DNA of 64,000 nt from Gemmatimonadota bacterium (GCA_003223415.1 QHUY01000015.1:14115-78114); one strand, 5' to 3'. Positions 32,786-42,445 are shown, counted from the stretch's first letter. Program-made: numbers and translations. The notes: generated from the sequence alone by a model not told the origin.

Positions 32786-33205
32786 CTACCGCCCCCCACT
32801 CCCCGTATAGAAGTTGGGTTTGCCTTGCGCCCGCAGCATCGCGTGCACGACGAGCTCGAGGACCACGAAGAACACCCCCCCCAATACGAGCGGGGGCAAG
32901 TCGAGGGTGCTGCGCCCGTAGAGCAGCCACAGCCGCCGACCGATCTCGTAGACCCACACGCCGCCGCCGAACCACCCCGCGAGTCGCACCACGCGCCCCA
33001 AACCCACTTGGATGTCGGGGATCATCAGCAGGATCACTTCGACGTAGTGGCCGAGGAACGTGAAGCAGAAGGCCAGCGAGAAGGCGTCGAGGAACGCCCA
33101 CCAGCCGCCTACCTGCCGCGGCAGCACCAGGTAGAGCACCACGCCCAGCGCGGCGGCGAGCGCGGCGCTGCGGGTGAGTGTAGTGAGGAAGCGCTCGCGC
33201 ATCAT
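32786..33205 (-). CDS. Small integral membrane protein
   Basis: Four hydrophobic helices. ATGA overlap with the S9 peptidase stop. Confidence 0.5.
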   Translation of the reverse strand: MMRERFLTTLTRSAALAAALGVVLYLVLPRQVGGWWAFLDAFSLAFCFTFLGHYVEVILLMIPDIQVGLGRVVRLAGWFGGGVWVYEIGRRLWLLYGRSTLDLPPLVLGGVFFVVLELVVHAMLRAQGKPNFYTGSGGR

Positions 33206-35229
33206 TTCTTCAGGTATTGATCAATCCAATCCAACACGACGCCCCACCAGAGGCGTCGGTTGCGAGGCCGCAGCACCCAGTGCCCCTCGTCCGGAAAATA
33301 CAGAAATTTGGCCGGCACGCCCAGTGTCTTCAGCGCCGTGAACGCCTGGTAGCCTTCCGACAGGTCGACCCGGTAGTCGAGCTGCGAGTGGACGATCAGC
33401 ATGGGGGTCTTCCAGTTGCTCACGAAATCGAGCGGCGACCATTTCTCGTACAGCGGGCGGTTGGCGTAGGGGGTGCCGCCGTACTCCCAGCTCACGAACC
33501 ACAGCTCCTCCGTCGTGCCGAACATGCTCACCGGGTTGAACACGCCGTCGTGGGCCACGAGCACCTTGAATCGGTTGGTGTGGCCCGCGATCCAGTAGAT
33601 CATATAGCCCCCGTACGAGGCGCCCGCCGCGCCCAGGCGCGTCGAGTCCACGTAGGGGAGCCGCGCCACCACGTCCAGCCCCCTCATCAAGTCTGCGTAA
33701 GGATAGTCTCCCCAGTGTTGCGAGATGGCGTCGGTGAACTTCTGGCCGTAGCCGGTCGAGCCGTGAAAGTTCACCGCCGCGACGATGTAGCCGCGCGATG
33801 CGAACAGCTGATAGTTCCAGCGGCTCCCCCAGTAGTCGGCCCACGCGCCCTGCGGCCCGCCGTGGATCAGGTAGATCACCGGATAATGCTTGGCCGGGTC
33901 GAACCCGGGTGGCTTCTGGAGCCAGCCGAACACCGAGTCGCCGAGCGCGCCGACGAAGCCGTACGCTTCCAGGGGCGGCAGGTCGAGCGCCGCGAGCGCC
34001 TGGTCGTTCACATGTGAGAGCGGCTTCCCGTTGGCCCACACCTCGGGTGGTTGGATGTCGCTCTGGTGCAGATACACGAGCGTCTTGCCGTCGGGCCCGA
34101 CGTTGACGTTGGTGTTGAGGCCGCCGCCCGAGACGGCGACGGAACGATGGAAGGATGGAACGTCAATTCGGTAAACGTTATCCCTCCCGCGCTCCTCGAT
34201 GACCGCATAGACGCACTTCGAATCGGGACACCACGTGTAGGCGCTCACCGAGAGCGTCCACCCAGCGGTCGCCTCCACGGGTTGTCCGACGGTCCGACCG
34301 TCCGACCGACCGGCGAGCATCAGGCGCTGCCGGTCCGCCTCAAACCCCGCCCGCTCCATGGACAGCCACGAGAGCCACTTCCCGTCCGGGGAGAAGCGCG
34401 GCGTATTGTCGGCGCCTTTGCCGGTCGTGAACGCGCGCGACCCACCGCCGTCCGGCCCCATCAGGTACACGTCCACGTTCGTGTTGTCGGCCACGGTCGA
34501 GTCGCCATGGAAGGCGAGCGCGATCTCCTTGCCGTCCGGCGCGACCGCCACGTCCCCGTCGCCGCTCGTCGCGATGGTGGGCACGTCGTGGTCCACGAGC
34601 GTGAGGTCGGTGGCCTGCCCGCTCGACAGGTCCACCCGGAACACGTGCTGGCGGTGGCCGGCGCGCCAGTCGTCCCAGTGGCGCCAGAACAGGCCCGTCC
34701 ACAGCCGCGCTTCGGTGGGGAAGTCCCCGTTCCGCTTGTCGATCTCCTGGTCGGCCGGCCATTTGATGTCGCTCACGGCCAGGAACCCCCCCCCCCTGCC
34801 GTCGGGCAGCCAGTACAGCTCGCCGACTCCATCAGGCAGGCTGCTCACGCGGCGCGCCTCGCCGCCGGCCAGGCTCAGCACCCAGATCTGCGAGCCGTTC
34901 TGGCGGGTCGAGAGGAACGCCAGCGTCTGGCCGTCGGGCGACCAGCGCGGCGAGCGGTCCGAGCCTGGGCCTTGCGTGACTTGGCGGCTCTGCCCGGTGG
35001 CGACCTCCGCCAGCCAGATGCGCGCGACGCCGCGATTGTCCTGCAGCGAATTCGTGGTGACGGCGTAGGCCACCCACTTGCCGTCGGGCGAGAGCTGAGG
35101 ATCGTTCACGGTCTTCAGCGCGATGAGGTCATCGAAGGTGATGGCCCGCTTCTGCGCCGAGAGGTGGGGAATGGGGAATAGGGAAAGGGGTATGGCGACG
35201 AGCGCCGTCCACACCGACGTACGATTCAT
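33202..35229 (-). CDS. S9-family serine peptidase (prolyl oligopeptidase / acylaminoacyl-peptidase type) with N-terminal beta-propeller
   Basis: Propeller repeats (SPDGKW..., SPDGQTLAF), nucleophile elbow GASYGGYM, C-terminal FPDEGHW. Confidence 0.9.
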   Translation of the reverse strand: MNRTSVWTALVAIPLSLFPIPHLSAQKRAITFDDLIALKTVNDPQLSPDGKWVAYAVTTNSLQDNRGVARIWLAEVATGQSRQVTQGPGSDRSPRWSPDGQTLAFLSTRQNGSQIWVLSLAGGEARRVSSLPDGVGELYWLPDGRGGGFLAVSDIKWPADQEIDKRNGDFPTEARLWTGLFWRHWDDWRAGHRQHVFRVDLSSGQATDLTLVDHDVPTIATSGDGDVAVAPDGKEIALAFHGDSTVADNTNVDVYLMGPDGGGSRAFTTGKGADNTPRFSPDGKWLSWLSMERAGFEADRQRLMLAGRSDGRTVGQPVEATAGWTLSVSAYTWCPDSKCVYAVIEERGRDNVYRIDVPSFHRSVAVSGGGLNTNVNVGPDGKTLVYLHQSDIQPPEVWANGKPLSHVNDQALAALDLPPLEAYGFVGALGDSVFGWLQKPPGFDPAKHYPVIYLIHGGPQGAWADYWGSRWNYQLFASRGYIVAAVNFHGSTGYGQKFTDAISQHWGDYPYADLMRGLDVVARLPYVDSTRLGAAGASYGGYMIYWIAGHTNRFKVLVAHDGVFNPVSMFGTTEELWFVSWEYGGTPYANRPLYEKWSPLDFVSNWKTPMLIVHSQLDYRVDLSEGYQAFTALKTLGVPAKFLYFPDEGHWVLRPRNRRLWWGVVLDWIDQYLKK
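34283..34310. repeat. Tandem 8-mer array (TGTCCGAC GGTCCGAC CGTCCGAC ...)
   Basis: Read directly. It lies inside the S9 peptidase CDS (encodes GRSDGRTVGQ). Confidence 0.9.
35166..35193. repeat. Tandem heptamer array (GGGGAAT GGGGAAT AGGGAAA GGGGTAT)
   Basis: Read directly. It encodes the odd signal-peptide segment IPLSLFPIPHL of the S9 peptidase. Confidence 0.85.
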
Positions 35230-35241
35230 GTTTCGCCTTTC

Positions 35242-35262
35242 GGTCCGACCGTCCGACCGTCT
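35242..35262. repeat. Tandem 8-mer array (GGTCCGAC CGTCCGAC CGTC)
   Basis: Read directly. Intergenic, 13 nt upstream of the S9 peptidase start codon. Confidence 0.9.
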
Positions 35263-35263
35263 G

Positions 35264-35521
35264 TCAGTATTCGGGATGTGTGAGAATGGCGCGCACGAGC
35301 TCGTCGTAGATCCGCGAGCCCGCCGTCACGTTGCCCGCCGCGTCCATATGGACGTTCCAGGCGCACAGCTCCTGGAGGGCGGTCGCCTCCTCGTACGTGA
35401 GGTGGAGCACGACGCCGTCGCCCGACATCTTCGCGCGATCGAGCACCGCCTTGAGGACGTCCGGGAGGTGCTGGGCGCGGCCGATGGCGTCGAACTGCGG
35501 GCGGGTGATCGCGAGATCCAT
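35264..35521 (-). CDS. Hypothetical 85-aa protein
   Basis: AGGGAG RBS-like sequence before the ATG. No recognised family. Confidence 0.45.
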   Translation of the reverse strand: MDLAITRPQFDAIGRAQHLPDVLKAVLDRAKMSGDGVVLHLTYEEATALQELCAWNVHMDAAGNVTAGSRIYDELVRAILTHPEY

Positions 35522-35619
35522 GACTCCCTTGCTTTGGCGGTGCCGGGGCGAAATCTTCTCCCGTTCCCCCGATCCCGCAACCGCGGTCCGGCGGAATCCG
35601 ACTCGTCCGAAAGGCCCTG

Positions 35620-36587
35620 ATGCCCCGCACCGAGTTCATCGCCACCGGCTTCCACGTGCCGGCCCGCGTCGTCAGCAACGACGATCTCGCGCGGATGATG
35701 GACACCTCGGACGAGTGGATCGTCCAGCGCAGCGGCATCCAGACGCGGTACTGGGTGGCGAACGGCGACACGGGCGCCAGCCTGGCGAAGGAAGCCTCGC
35801 TGAAAGCGCTGGCCAAGGCGGACCTCACCCCCGCCGACCTCGACTGCATCGTCTACTGCACCTGCACCCCCGATCACTTCGAGCCCGGCAACGGCGTGTT
35901 CCTGCAACGCGACCTCGGCATCACCGACATTCCGGCCGTCGACGTCCGCAACCAGTGCACGATGCCTGGATCCGGACGGGCCAGTACCAACGCATTCTGC
36001 TCGTGGGCGCCGAAGTGCACTCGCGCGGGCTCGACAAGACGACGCGCGGTCGCGACACGGCGGTGCTGTTCGGCGACGGCGCGGGGGCCGTGATCCTCGG
36101 TCCGACGACCGATGGGAAACGCGGGGTGCTGTCGACGCACATCTTCGCCGACGGCCGGCACGCCGAGAAGCTGTGGGTGGACGGCCCCGGTCTGGCCCAC
36201 GACCCCTACGTGAGCGTGCAGATGCTGGAGCGCGGCTTGCACCGGGCGGTCATGGAGGGTCGCGAGGTCTTCAAGTTCGCGTCGGTGAAGATGCCGGAGT
36301 CGATCGCCGTCGCGCTCGAGGCCAACGGGCTCACCCCGGCCGACATCCGGCTGCTGGTGCCGCACCAGGCGAATCTGCGCATTCTCGAGATGGTGCAGAA
36401 GACGGTCGGCCTGCGCGACGATCAGGTGTACGTGAACATCCAGAAGTACGGCAACACCACCGCGGCCTCGATCCCCATCGCGCTGGACGAGGCGCTGGCC
36501 GAAGGCCGCCTGCGGCGCGGCGAGCTCCTCGTCCTCACGGCGTTCGGCTCAGGGTTCACGTGGGGAAGCGCGGCGATCCGGTGGTAG
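35620..36587 (+). pseudogene. fabH: 3-oxoacyl-ACP synthase III with an internal out-of-frame deletion after the active-site Cys
   Basis: Frame A gives ...PAVDVRNQC up to 35958. Frame B resumes at 35961 with DAWIRTGQYQRILLVGAEV... and carries HQAN and GNTTAAS. The approx 9-10 residues that normally follow the Cys are absent. Confidence 0.8.
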
Positions 36588-36596
36588 CGGAGTCTA

Positions 36597-37535
36597 TCAG
36601 CCGTCGGCCGGCCGCCGCGGCCGGACTCGGAACTCGAACACGTCCGGCCGGCTGTAGTGGCCGCTCACGTCGAGCGTCAGCGATTCGCGGGTGATCTCCG
36701 CCAGGTCGCAGTCGGCAACCACCACCGTTTCCTCGTCGAAGACCGGACCCGCCAGATAGCGCCCGTCGGGCGCGATGATCGCGCTGCCGCCGCGGATCAT
36801 GAAGGCGTCGGGATCCTTCGCCTTCTCGGGGACAGGCGGCAGCTCGGGCGGCATGTCCTTCCACCGCAGGATGCTCCCCACAGCCAGCACGAAGCAGCGC
36901 CCCTCGAACGCGTAGCCGCGCGAGGCGACCTGGTGCATCTCCTGCACGCCCGGCCAGGCGGCGACGTGGATCTCCTCGCCCGAGTCGTGCATCGCCTGGC
37001 GCGCGAGCGGCATCCAGTGCTCCCAACAGATCAAGCCGCCCACCCTGGCCCCGTCCACCGGGACCGCCGCCAGCGAGTCGCCCGCACCCTGGCCCCAGAT
37101 CAGACGCTCGTGGTAGGTGGGCATCAGCTTGCGGTGGCGCCGGGCAAGCGTGCCGTCCGGCCCGTAGGTGAGCTGCGTGTTGTACAGCGTGCGCCCCGCG
37201 CGCTCGTGCACGCCGACCACCAGCGTGACCTTGAGCCCCCGCGCGAGCTTCGCGAGCCGTTCGGCTGCCGGGCCGGGTACCTCGACGCTGTTCAGGGCCA
37301 GCCGCTCGAACACCGCCTTGGCGCCCGCGTGTCCCCATAGCGCCGCCCCGGGCGACTCGTCGAGCCATTCAGGATAGCCGGTCAGCCAGGTCTCGCCGAC
37401 CGCGACCAGGCGCGCTTCATCCTTCGCGGCGCGGCGCGTCCACTCCTCGAGCCGGTCGAGCGACGCTGGAAGATCGAGCAGGGCGGGCGCCGCCTGCAGC
37501 GCGGCGACGCGGACGACGCGGGAGGCAACGAGCAT
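36597..37535 (-). CDS. Nitrilase / carbon-nitrogen hydrolase
   Basis: Catalytic triad contexts VAVGETW, HRKLMPT, LICWEHW. Start at MLVASRVVRVAALQ; the longest ORF extends to a TTG at 37571. Confidence 0.85.
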   Translation of the reverse strand: MLVASRVVRVAALQAAPALLDLPASLDRLEEWTRRAAKDEARLVAVGETWLTGYPEWLDESPGAALWGHAGAKAVFERLALNSVEVPGPAAERLAKLARGLKVTLVVGVHERAGRTLYNTQLTYGPDGTLARRHRKLMPTYHERLIWGQGAGDSLAAVPVDGARVGGLICWEHWMPLARQAMHDSGEEIHVAAWPGVQEMHQVASRGYAFEGRCFVLAVGSILRWKDMPPELPPVPEKAKDPDAFMIRGGSAIIAPDGRYLAGPVFDEETVVVADCDLAEITRESLTLDVSGHYSRPDVFEFRVRPRRPADG

Positions 37536-37601
37536 GGGCACTGATTTGCGCCCGAAACGCCGACCCCGCAAGTTCCGTATGGAGGTCTGAGAGGAGCGTC
37601 T

Positions 37602-37868
37602 ATGATCATCGGACTGCTGGTCGGCGCCGCCGCACTCGGCGGCGGTTTCGTCTTCACGCGGGGGTTCGTGCGGCGGCGGCTGCGCTACGTCGACGCCATC
37701 CAGAAGCCGGCCGCGCCATGGATCGCGGGAGCGGTGGCAACCGCCGTCGCGCTCCCCATCACGGCCCTGCCCGTGATCACCCTGGGGACGGCCATCGCCT
37801 TCGGCGTGGGGGTCGCCGGCGGCGTCGCGAGCGGCCGCAAAGAGCCCGGCCTACTCCCGCCCTCCTAA
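37602..37868 (+). CDS. Small membrane protein (88 aa)
   Basis: GAGGAG RBS before the ATG. Three hydrophobic segments. Confidence 0.45.
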   Translation: MIIGLLVGAAALGGGFVFTRGFVRRRLRYVDAIQKPAAPWIAGAVATAVALPITALPVITLGTAIAFGVGVAGGVASGRKEPGLLPPS

Positions 37869-38876
37869 TCAGACGACGCGCAGCTCCTGGGCGGCCGTGA
37901 CCTCCGGCCGCCCCGCCACCACCCGCAATGCCCGGACCGCCTCGCGGTCGAACGTCTTTCCCGCCCCTTTCTCCACTTCCTCCAGCGCGCTCCATTGGGG
38001 AAACGCGGCCCGCACCGGCGTCGCCATCTGCAGCGTCTCGAACGCGTCGGCAACCGCCAGGATGCGCACCGTTTCAGGGATCGGAAGCGCCTCGATGTCC
38101 CAATCCTCGCCCACGATCTCGTAGTAGTGGCCGTACTCGCCGATAATCTGCGCGGCACCGCGCATCGCCACCGCCACCGGCACCGCCCCCCCCCCCCCCC
38201 CCCCCCCCCCCCGTAGCAGGGCGGCCACGCGCAGGTTCTCGACCTCCTCCTCCGTCAGTTTCCGCTCGCGCGCGATCGCCGTCGCCACGACGGACACCCG
38301 GTGGCTGTGCCCTTGCTGGTGCCGCTCCGTCGACTCGATGTGGAACGTGAGCAGCTCCAGCGTCGCCAGATACGCGTTCTTCACGTCGTTGAGCTGCTGC
38401 TGCCGTTCCTCGGCGAGCCGCCCGACCACGTACCCGGTGAGGATGAGAAAGCCGGCCCACGGGACCAGCGTGAGCAAGGCGTCCTCGTAGAAACCGGGGA
38501 GCATGTCCAGACCGACAATCGCCTGGAAAAAAAAGACCAGGACGACGATGAACACGCCCGACATCACGGCCAAGCGGCGTCCACCGTAAGAGCCCGCGAG
38601 AATCGTCGCCAGGTAGTAGAAGCTCAGGAACGCCAGCTTCTGCTCGACCAGGTAGTGGATGCCGAGCAGGGAGGCGACTAAGAGGAGGACGAAGATCTGC
38701 TCGAAGTGACGGAAGAAGAACGACTTGGCGCGCTCTAGCGCACGCGTCTCGACCACGTGTGCCTCGGGATGAGGGAACGGGCGCGCCCCAAAGTGGGGAC
38801 TGCGCTGGCACATTGCAAGTAGGTCGATTGCATTGGTCCGACGCGCCGCCACTCTAACTGGCTGTGCGCGCGTCAC
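37869..38876 (-). CDS. Membrane-anchored HD/HD-GYP-like domain protein; metal-binding motif position occupied by poly-Gly
   Basis: TM helices, then HQQGHSHRVSVVATAIA...LRVAALL. A 27-nt C run follows (RGGGGGGGG on this strand) where HD-GYP proteins carry HDIGK. A degenerate C-terminal part ends ...ILAVADAFETL. Confidence 0.6.
   Translation of the reverse strand: MTRAQPVRVAARRTNAIDLLAMCQRSPHFGARPFPHPEAHVVETRALERAKSFFFRHFEQIFVLLLVASLLGIHYLVEQKLAFLSFYYLATILAGSYGGRRLAVMSGVFIVVLVFFFQAIVGLDMLPGFYEDALLTLVPWAGFLILTGYVVGRLAEERQQQLNDVKNAYLATLELLTFHIESTERHQQGHSHRVSVVATAIARERKLTEEEVENLRVAALLRGGGGGGGGAVPVAVAMRGAAQIIGEYGHYYEIVGEDWDIEALPIPETVRILAVADAFETLQMATPVRAAFPQWSALEEVEKGAGKTFDREAVRALRVVAGRPEVTAAQELRVV
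38186..38212. repeat. 27-nt poly-C homopolymer
   Basis: Counted directly. It is in frame (9 codons) within the HD-domain gene. Confidence 0.95.
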
Positions 38877-38963
38877 ATAGAACCGGCCCTACCGTCCGGC
38901 ACGGAATTCGCGAGTCACGGCCCGCACTGCGGTTGCAGGCACCACCAAAACGGGAGCGTATCT

Positions 38964-39401
38964 ATGAGTCGGACTGTTCTCGCATGCCTCGTCGGCGCGG
39001 CGCTGCTCGCACCGGGCGCGGCGCGCGCGCAAAACCAGTGGGAGCGGACGGTGCGGAGCCAAGTCCGCCAGCACAGTCAGTTCTTGACGGATCGGGACTA
39101 TCAGTTGACGGGCGACGTCTACCAGGGCAAGCTCGCCAACCACGAAACCGAGTATCTCACCATCACCCTGCACCCCGGCACGAGCTATTCGTTCCTCGGC
39201 GTGTGCGACGACGACTGCCGGGACATCGACCTGCGGTTGTTCGACCCCGACGGTGACGAGATCGATGCCGACGTCGGCACCGATGACTGGCCAATCGTCA
39301 AGGTCACTCCCAGGGTCACCGGGCAGTACCAGGTGAAGGTCGTCATGGCGAGCTGTGCGACCAACCCCTGCTACTACGGGATTGGGGTCTTCACGAAATA
39401 A
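38964..39401 (+). CDS. Secreted Cys-containing beta-sandwich-like protein
   Basis: Signal peptide ...APGAARAQ. 145 aa with four Cys residues. No family recognised. Confidence 0.5.
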   Translation: MSRTVLACLVGAALLAPGAARAQNQWERTVRSQVRQHSQFLTDRDYQLTGDVYQGKLANHETEYLTITLHPGTSYSFLGVCDDDCRDIDLRLFDPDGDEIDADVGTDDWPIVKVTPRVTGQYQVKVVMASCATNPCYYGIGVFTK

Positions 39402-39413
39402 CCGCGAGCTCCC

Positions 39414-39872
39414 TTACGTGCGCAGCGCCCCCCGCACGTTCTGGGGTGGAACTTCCACGATCTCAGGCGTCGCGACTCCCGCCCGGACATACGGGTCCTC
39501 GGCCACCACGGCCTCCAGCGCGGCGCGGTCGGGCGCCGTCGCGATGAACAGCCCCCCGGTCGGTGGCTCCCGTCGCGCCCACGCGTGGATCAGGCCGCGC
39601 GCCGCACACGCCTCTAGGTGGCGGAGGTGTTCGGCGCGCACCGCGTTCACGGCGTCCAGCGGCTGGGTGTAATGCATCAACACCACGAATAGCATCGCAA
39701 CCTCGTAGCCGGGGCAGTTCCGCACCGGCAGCGTCGGGTACCGCACGAACCGGGCGTCGGTCTCGGCGCGGGCGCAACGGAAGAAGGTGGATCCGCGCCG
39801 CGTCGTGGTCGAGCGCATCCACCAGCAGGTGAAGCACTGGCCGACCGCGTCGGCGGGGGAACCGGCGGGCAT
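39414..39872 (-). CDS. YciI-family domain preceded in frame by a small Cys-rich module
   Basis: The C-terminal 93 aa (from MLFVVLMHY at 39695) is YciI-like. The N-terminal approx 55 aa carry CFTC...FFRC...RYPTLPVRNCPGYE. Confidence 0.6.
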   Translation of the reverse strand: MPAGSPADAVGQCFTCWWMRSTTTRRGSTFFRCARAETDARFVRYPTLPVRNCPGYEVAMLFVVLMHYTQPLDAVNAVRAEHLRHLEACAARGLIHAWARREPPTGGLFIATAPDRAALEAVVAEDPYVRAGVATPEIVEVPPQNVRGALRT

Positions 39873-39962
39873 CGCGCCAGGATACCCCGTCGGTGGCTCC
39901 GGGGGAAGCGGCGCCCTGGTGCGCTATGGCATTTCGGCGGCCCCATTCCCCATCTTAGGCGC

Positions 39963-41387
39963 GTGAGCGACCCTTTCGACACGGGCGAGCTGCCCCCGGG
40001 CCTCCGGGAGGAGTACCTCGCGGGGATGCGGGCCGCGCTGGGCGTGCTCGCCGCGATTGTCGAGCGCCTCGCCGCCGCGGCGAACGATCGCGAGGCGCTC
40101 GAGGTGCTGCAGCGGGAGGCCCACAAGATCCACGGCTCCGCCGGCTCGTACGGCTTCATGGACGCCTCCCGCCTCGCGGCCGGCATGGAAGTCACCGCCA
40201 AGGACTGGGTCGCCCACGCGGACGACCGGGATGTCGACCGCGGCTCGCTCGCTCGCTGGTTCGTCGCGCGGCTCGCCGAGATGCTCGGACTCCACGTCCC
40301 CTCCCCCCCCTCCCCCTCCCAACCTCCCCCCCGTCCGCCAGCGGCCGCGGCACCGCGGAAGTTAGGGGTCGGTCCCCCACCTCGCCCGTCGCAAGCGGCC
40401 GCTGCGAAGCCGACCCAACCGCCTCGGCCCGCGTCGCGCAGCGTTCGTCCGCCGGCACGGCCGCAGGTGCCGAGCTCGCCAGCCCCCGCTCCTTCGCGCC
40501 CGAAGCCCAAGGCAGAGCCTACCCGCCCCCCACCCCCCCGGGCACCGACGCCTGCCACCACAGAGCTGCCGTGGATCCTCTCACCCGAGGCCGCAGCGGA
40601 ACCCCCTGCGGCCGCCCACGTCGAACCCGTGCTGGCCGCCCAGCCAATCGAGCCGGTCGCCGAGGTGCCGCCAGCCGCGGCAGAGCCCGAGCCGCCGCTC
40701 ACCGCTCCGCCTGTGGTGGTACCGCCCGAGGCCGCAGCCCCGGCGGTGGAGCCGGAAGCCGTTCCGGCAGGGCCCGAACCGGCACCGCGCGCTCCGTCAG
40801 TCAAGCCCGTCGCCGCGGTGGTGCCAGCCACGCCCGAACCCGAGCCGCCGCCCGCCCCGCCGCCCGCCGCGGAGCCACCCGCGGTGGCAGCCCCGACGGT
40901 AGAGCCGCAGGCCGTCTCGGCAAGGCCCGAACCGGCGCCAAGCTCCCCGCCGGCTGCGCCGCTGCCCGCGGCTGAGGCACCCGTCGCCGATGCGCCGGCG
41001 GTTGCGAGCGACGTGCCAGAGGTGATCTTCGTGGAAGACGACGCGGCGCTCGCCGAGCTGCTCGCGTACGGGCTCCGCACCCGTGGGTACCGGTTCGTGG
41101 CGTACCGCAACGGGCGCGAGGCGCTGCGCGAGCTGATCGCGCTCGACGCCCAGGGAACTCACCCCCTGCTGCTGCTGGACGTCGATCTCCCCGCGCTCGA
41201 CGGGTACTCGATCTTCGCCGCTCTCCAGCGGGAGCGGCCCGGGACGTACCGCGTGGTCTTCACAACGGTGCATGGAACCGAGGAGGAGCAGCTGCGGGGC
41301 CTCGAGGCGGGTGCGCTCGATTACCTCGTGAAGCCGATCAGCCTGCGCGTCGCGCTCGAGAAGATCAAGCGTTGGGTGGGGAGGTGA
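39963..41387 (+). CDS. Hpt domain - long Pro/Ala-rich linker - response-regulator receiver protein
   Basis: Hpt motif EAHKIHGSAGSYGF, approx 230 aa of P/A/E low complexity, and a receiver domain (VIFVEDD...LLLLDVDLPALDG...VKP). Confidence 0.8.
   Translation: MSDPFDTGELPPGLREEYLAGMRAALGVLAAIVERLAAAANDREALEVLQREAHKIHGSAGSYGFMDASRLAAGMEVTAKDWVAHADDRDVDRGSLARWFVARLAEMLGLHVPSPPSPSQPPPRPPAAAAPRKLGVGPPPRPSQAAAAKPTQPPRPASRSVRPPARPQVPSSPAPAPSRPKPKAEPTRPPPPRAPTPATTELPWILSPEAAAEPPAAAHVEPVLAAQPIEPVAEVPPAAAEPEPPLTAPPVVVPPEAAAPAVEPEAVPAGPEPAPRAPSVKPVAAVVPATPEPEPPPAPPPAAEPPAVAAPTVEPQAVSARPEPAPSSPPAAPLPAAEAPVADAPAVASDVPEVIFVEDDAALAELLAYGLRTRGYRFVAYRNGREALRELIALDAQGTHPLLLLDVDLPALDGYSIFAALQRERPGTYRVVFTTVHGTEEEQLRGLEAGALDYLVKPISLRVALEKIKRWVGR
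40600..40980 (+). repeat. Imperfect approx 150-nt tandem repeats encoding the PEPEPP...VEP.AV...PEPAP units
   Basis: Two clear approx 50-aa units (PEPEPPLTAPP...GPEPAPRAPS and PEPEPPPAPPP...RPEPAPSSPP), with a weaker one before them. Boundaries are approximate. Confidence 0.6.
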
Positions 41388-42445
41388 CGAGCCGTCAGTT
41401 TCTCCTCATCGTCGCCATCGCCCAGGGCATGCTGTTCGTCGCGCTGGTCATCCTCATCATTCTGAATCGCTGGATCCGGCTGCGCCGGCGCGCCAAGGTC
41501 AACCCGCGTCAGATCGAGCTCGACGCGGTCATGCAGCGGTGGGCGCTGGGCCAGGCAAGCCAGGACGAGGTCCTCCGAGCGTTGGCGCGGCTGCCGGTGC
41601 CGATCGCGATCGACGCGCTCGTCACCTGGTCCGCCCGCGTTGCGAGCGAGCGGTGGCAGGAGCTGTCGCGGGGGCTCGAGAGCCAGTGGTGGGCGAGGGC
41701 AGTGCGCGCCAACAGCCGCTCGGCCCGCTGGTGGAAGCGGTTGGACTGTGCCCGCTTCCTCTCGGTCGCGGCCACGCCGCGCGACATCGGCCGCGTGCGG
41801 CAGCTGCTGCGCGACCCGCACCCCGCCGTGGAGCTCGCCGCCGCGACGACGCTCGAGCGGGTCGACAGCCCCGTCTTGGTGGCCGCGGCGCTGGACCAGC
41901 TGCCGTTCCTCGGCCCCACCGTCCAGGCCTACTACGCAAGCGTGCTCAAGCGCGCGCGCCCGGCCGTCCTGCGACATCTGCAGCACCTGTTTCGGCGGCA
42001 GGGCGACCCCCGGCTCCCCCGCATCGTCGAGTTCGCCGGGCGACTGGAGGAGCCGGTGCTGCGGGAGCCGTTCACGACGCTCGCCACCCATCCGGAGGCG
42101 GAGGTCCGAACCCAGGTGGCCCGCGCCCTCGGCAAGTTCCCGCACGCCGAGTCGGTCGCTGCGCTCGGCTTCCTCGTCCAGGACGAGGCGTGGCCGGTGC
42201 GTGCTCAAGCCGCCCGCTCGCTCGGCATGATCGCCGATCCAAGCACCCTCCCCGCTCTGCGAGAGGCGCTTCGCGACACCGAGTGGTGGGTGCGGTTGCG
42301 CGCGGCCCTCGCCCTCACGCGCTTCGGCGCAGGCGGCCGGAACGCGTTGCTCGAGGCCGAAGTGGGCCCGCACGCGGAGGCCCGTGACATGGCAGGGCTG
42401 GTCCTCGGGCTCTCACTGCAGGCCCTGTCGGAGTACGCCGCGTGA
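41384..42445 (+). CDS. Membrane-anchored HEAT-repeat protein
   Basis: N-terminal TM, then repeated HEAT-like units (DPHPAVELAAATTL, EAEVRTQVARALG, DEAWPVRAQAARSLG, DTEWWVRLRAALAL). GTGA overlap with the upstream gene. Confidence 0.7.
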   Translation: MTSRQFLLIVAIAQGMLFVALVILIILNRWIRLRRRAKVNPRQIELDAVMQRWALGQASQDEVLRALARLPVPIAIDALVTWSARVASERWQELSRGLESQWWARAVRANSRSARWWKRLDCARFLSVAATPRDIGRVRQLLRDPHPAVELAAATTLERVDSPVLVAAALDQLPFLGPTVQAYYASVLKRARPAVLRHLQHLFRRQGDPRLPRIVEFAGRLEEPVLREPFTTLATHPEAEVRTQVARALGKFPHAESVAALGFLVQDEAWPVRAQAARSLGMIADPSTLPALREALRDTEWWVRLRAALALTRFGAGGRNALLEAEVGPHAEARDMAGLVLGLSLQALSEYAA

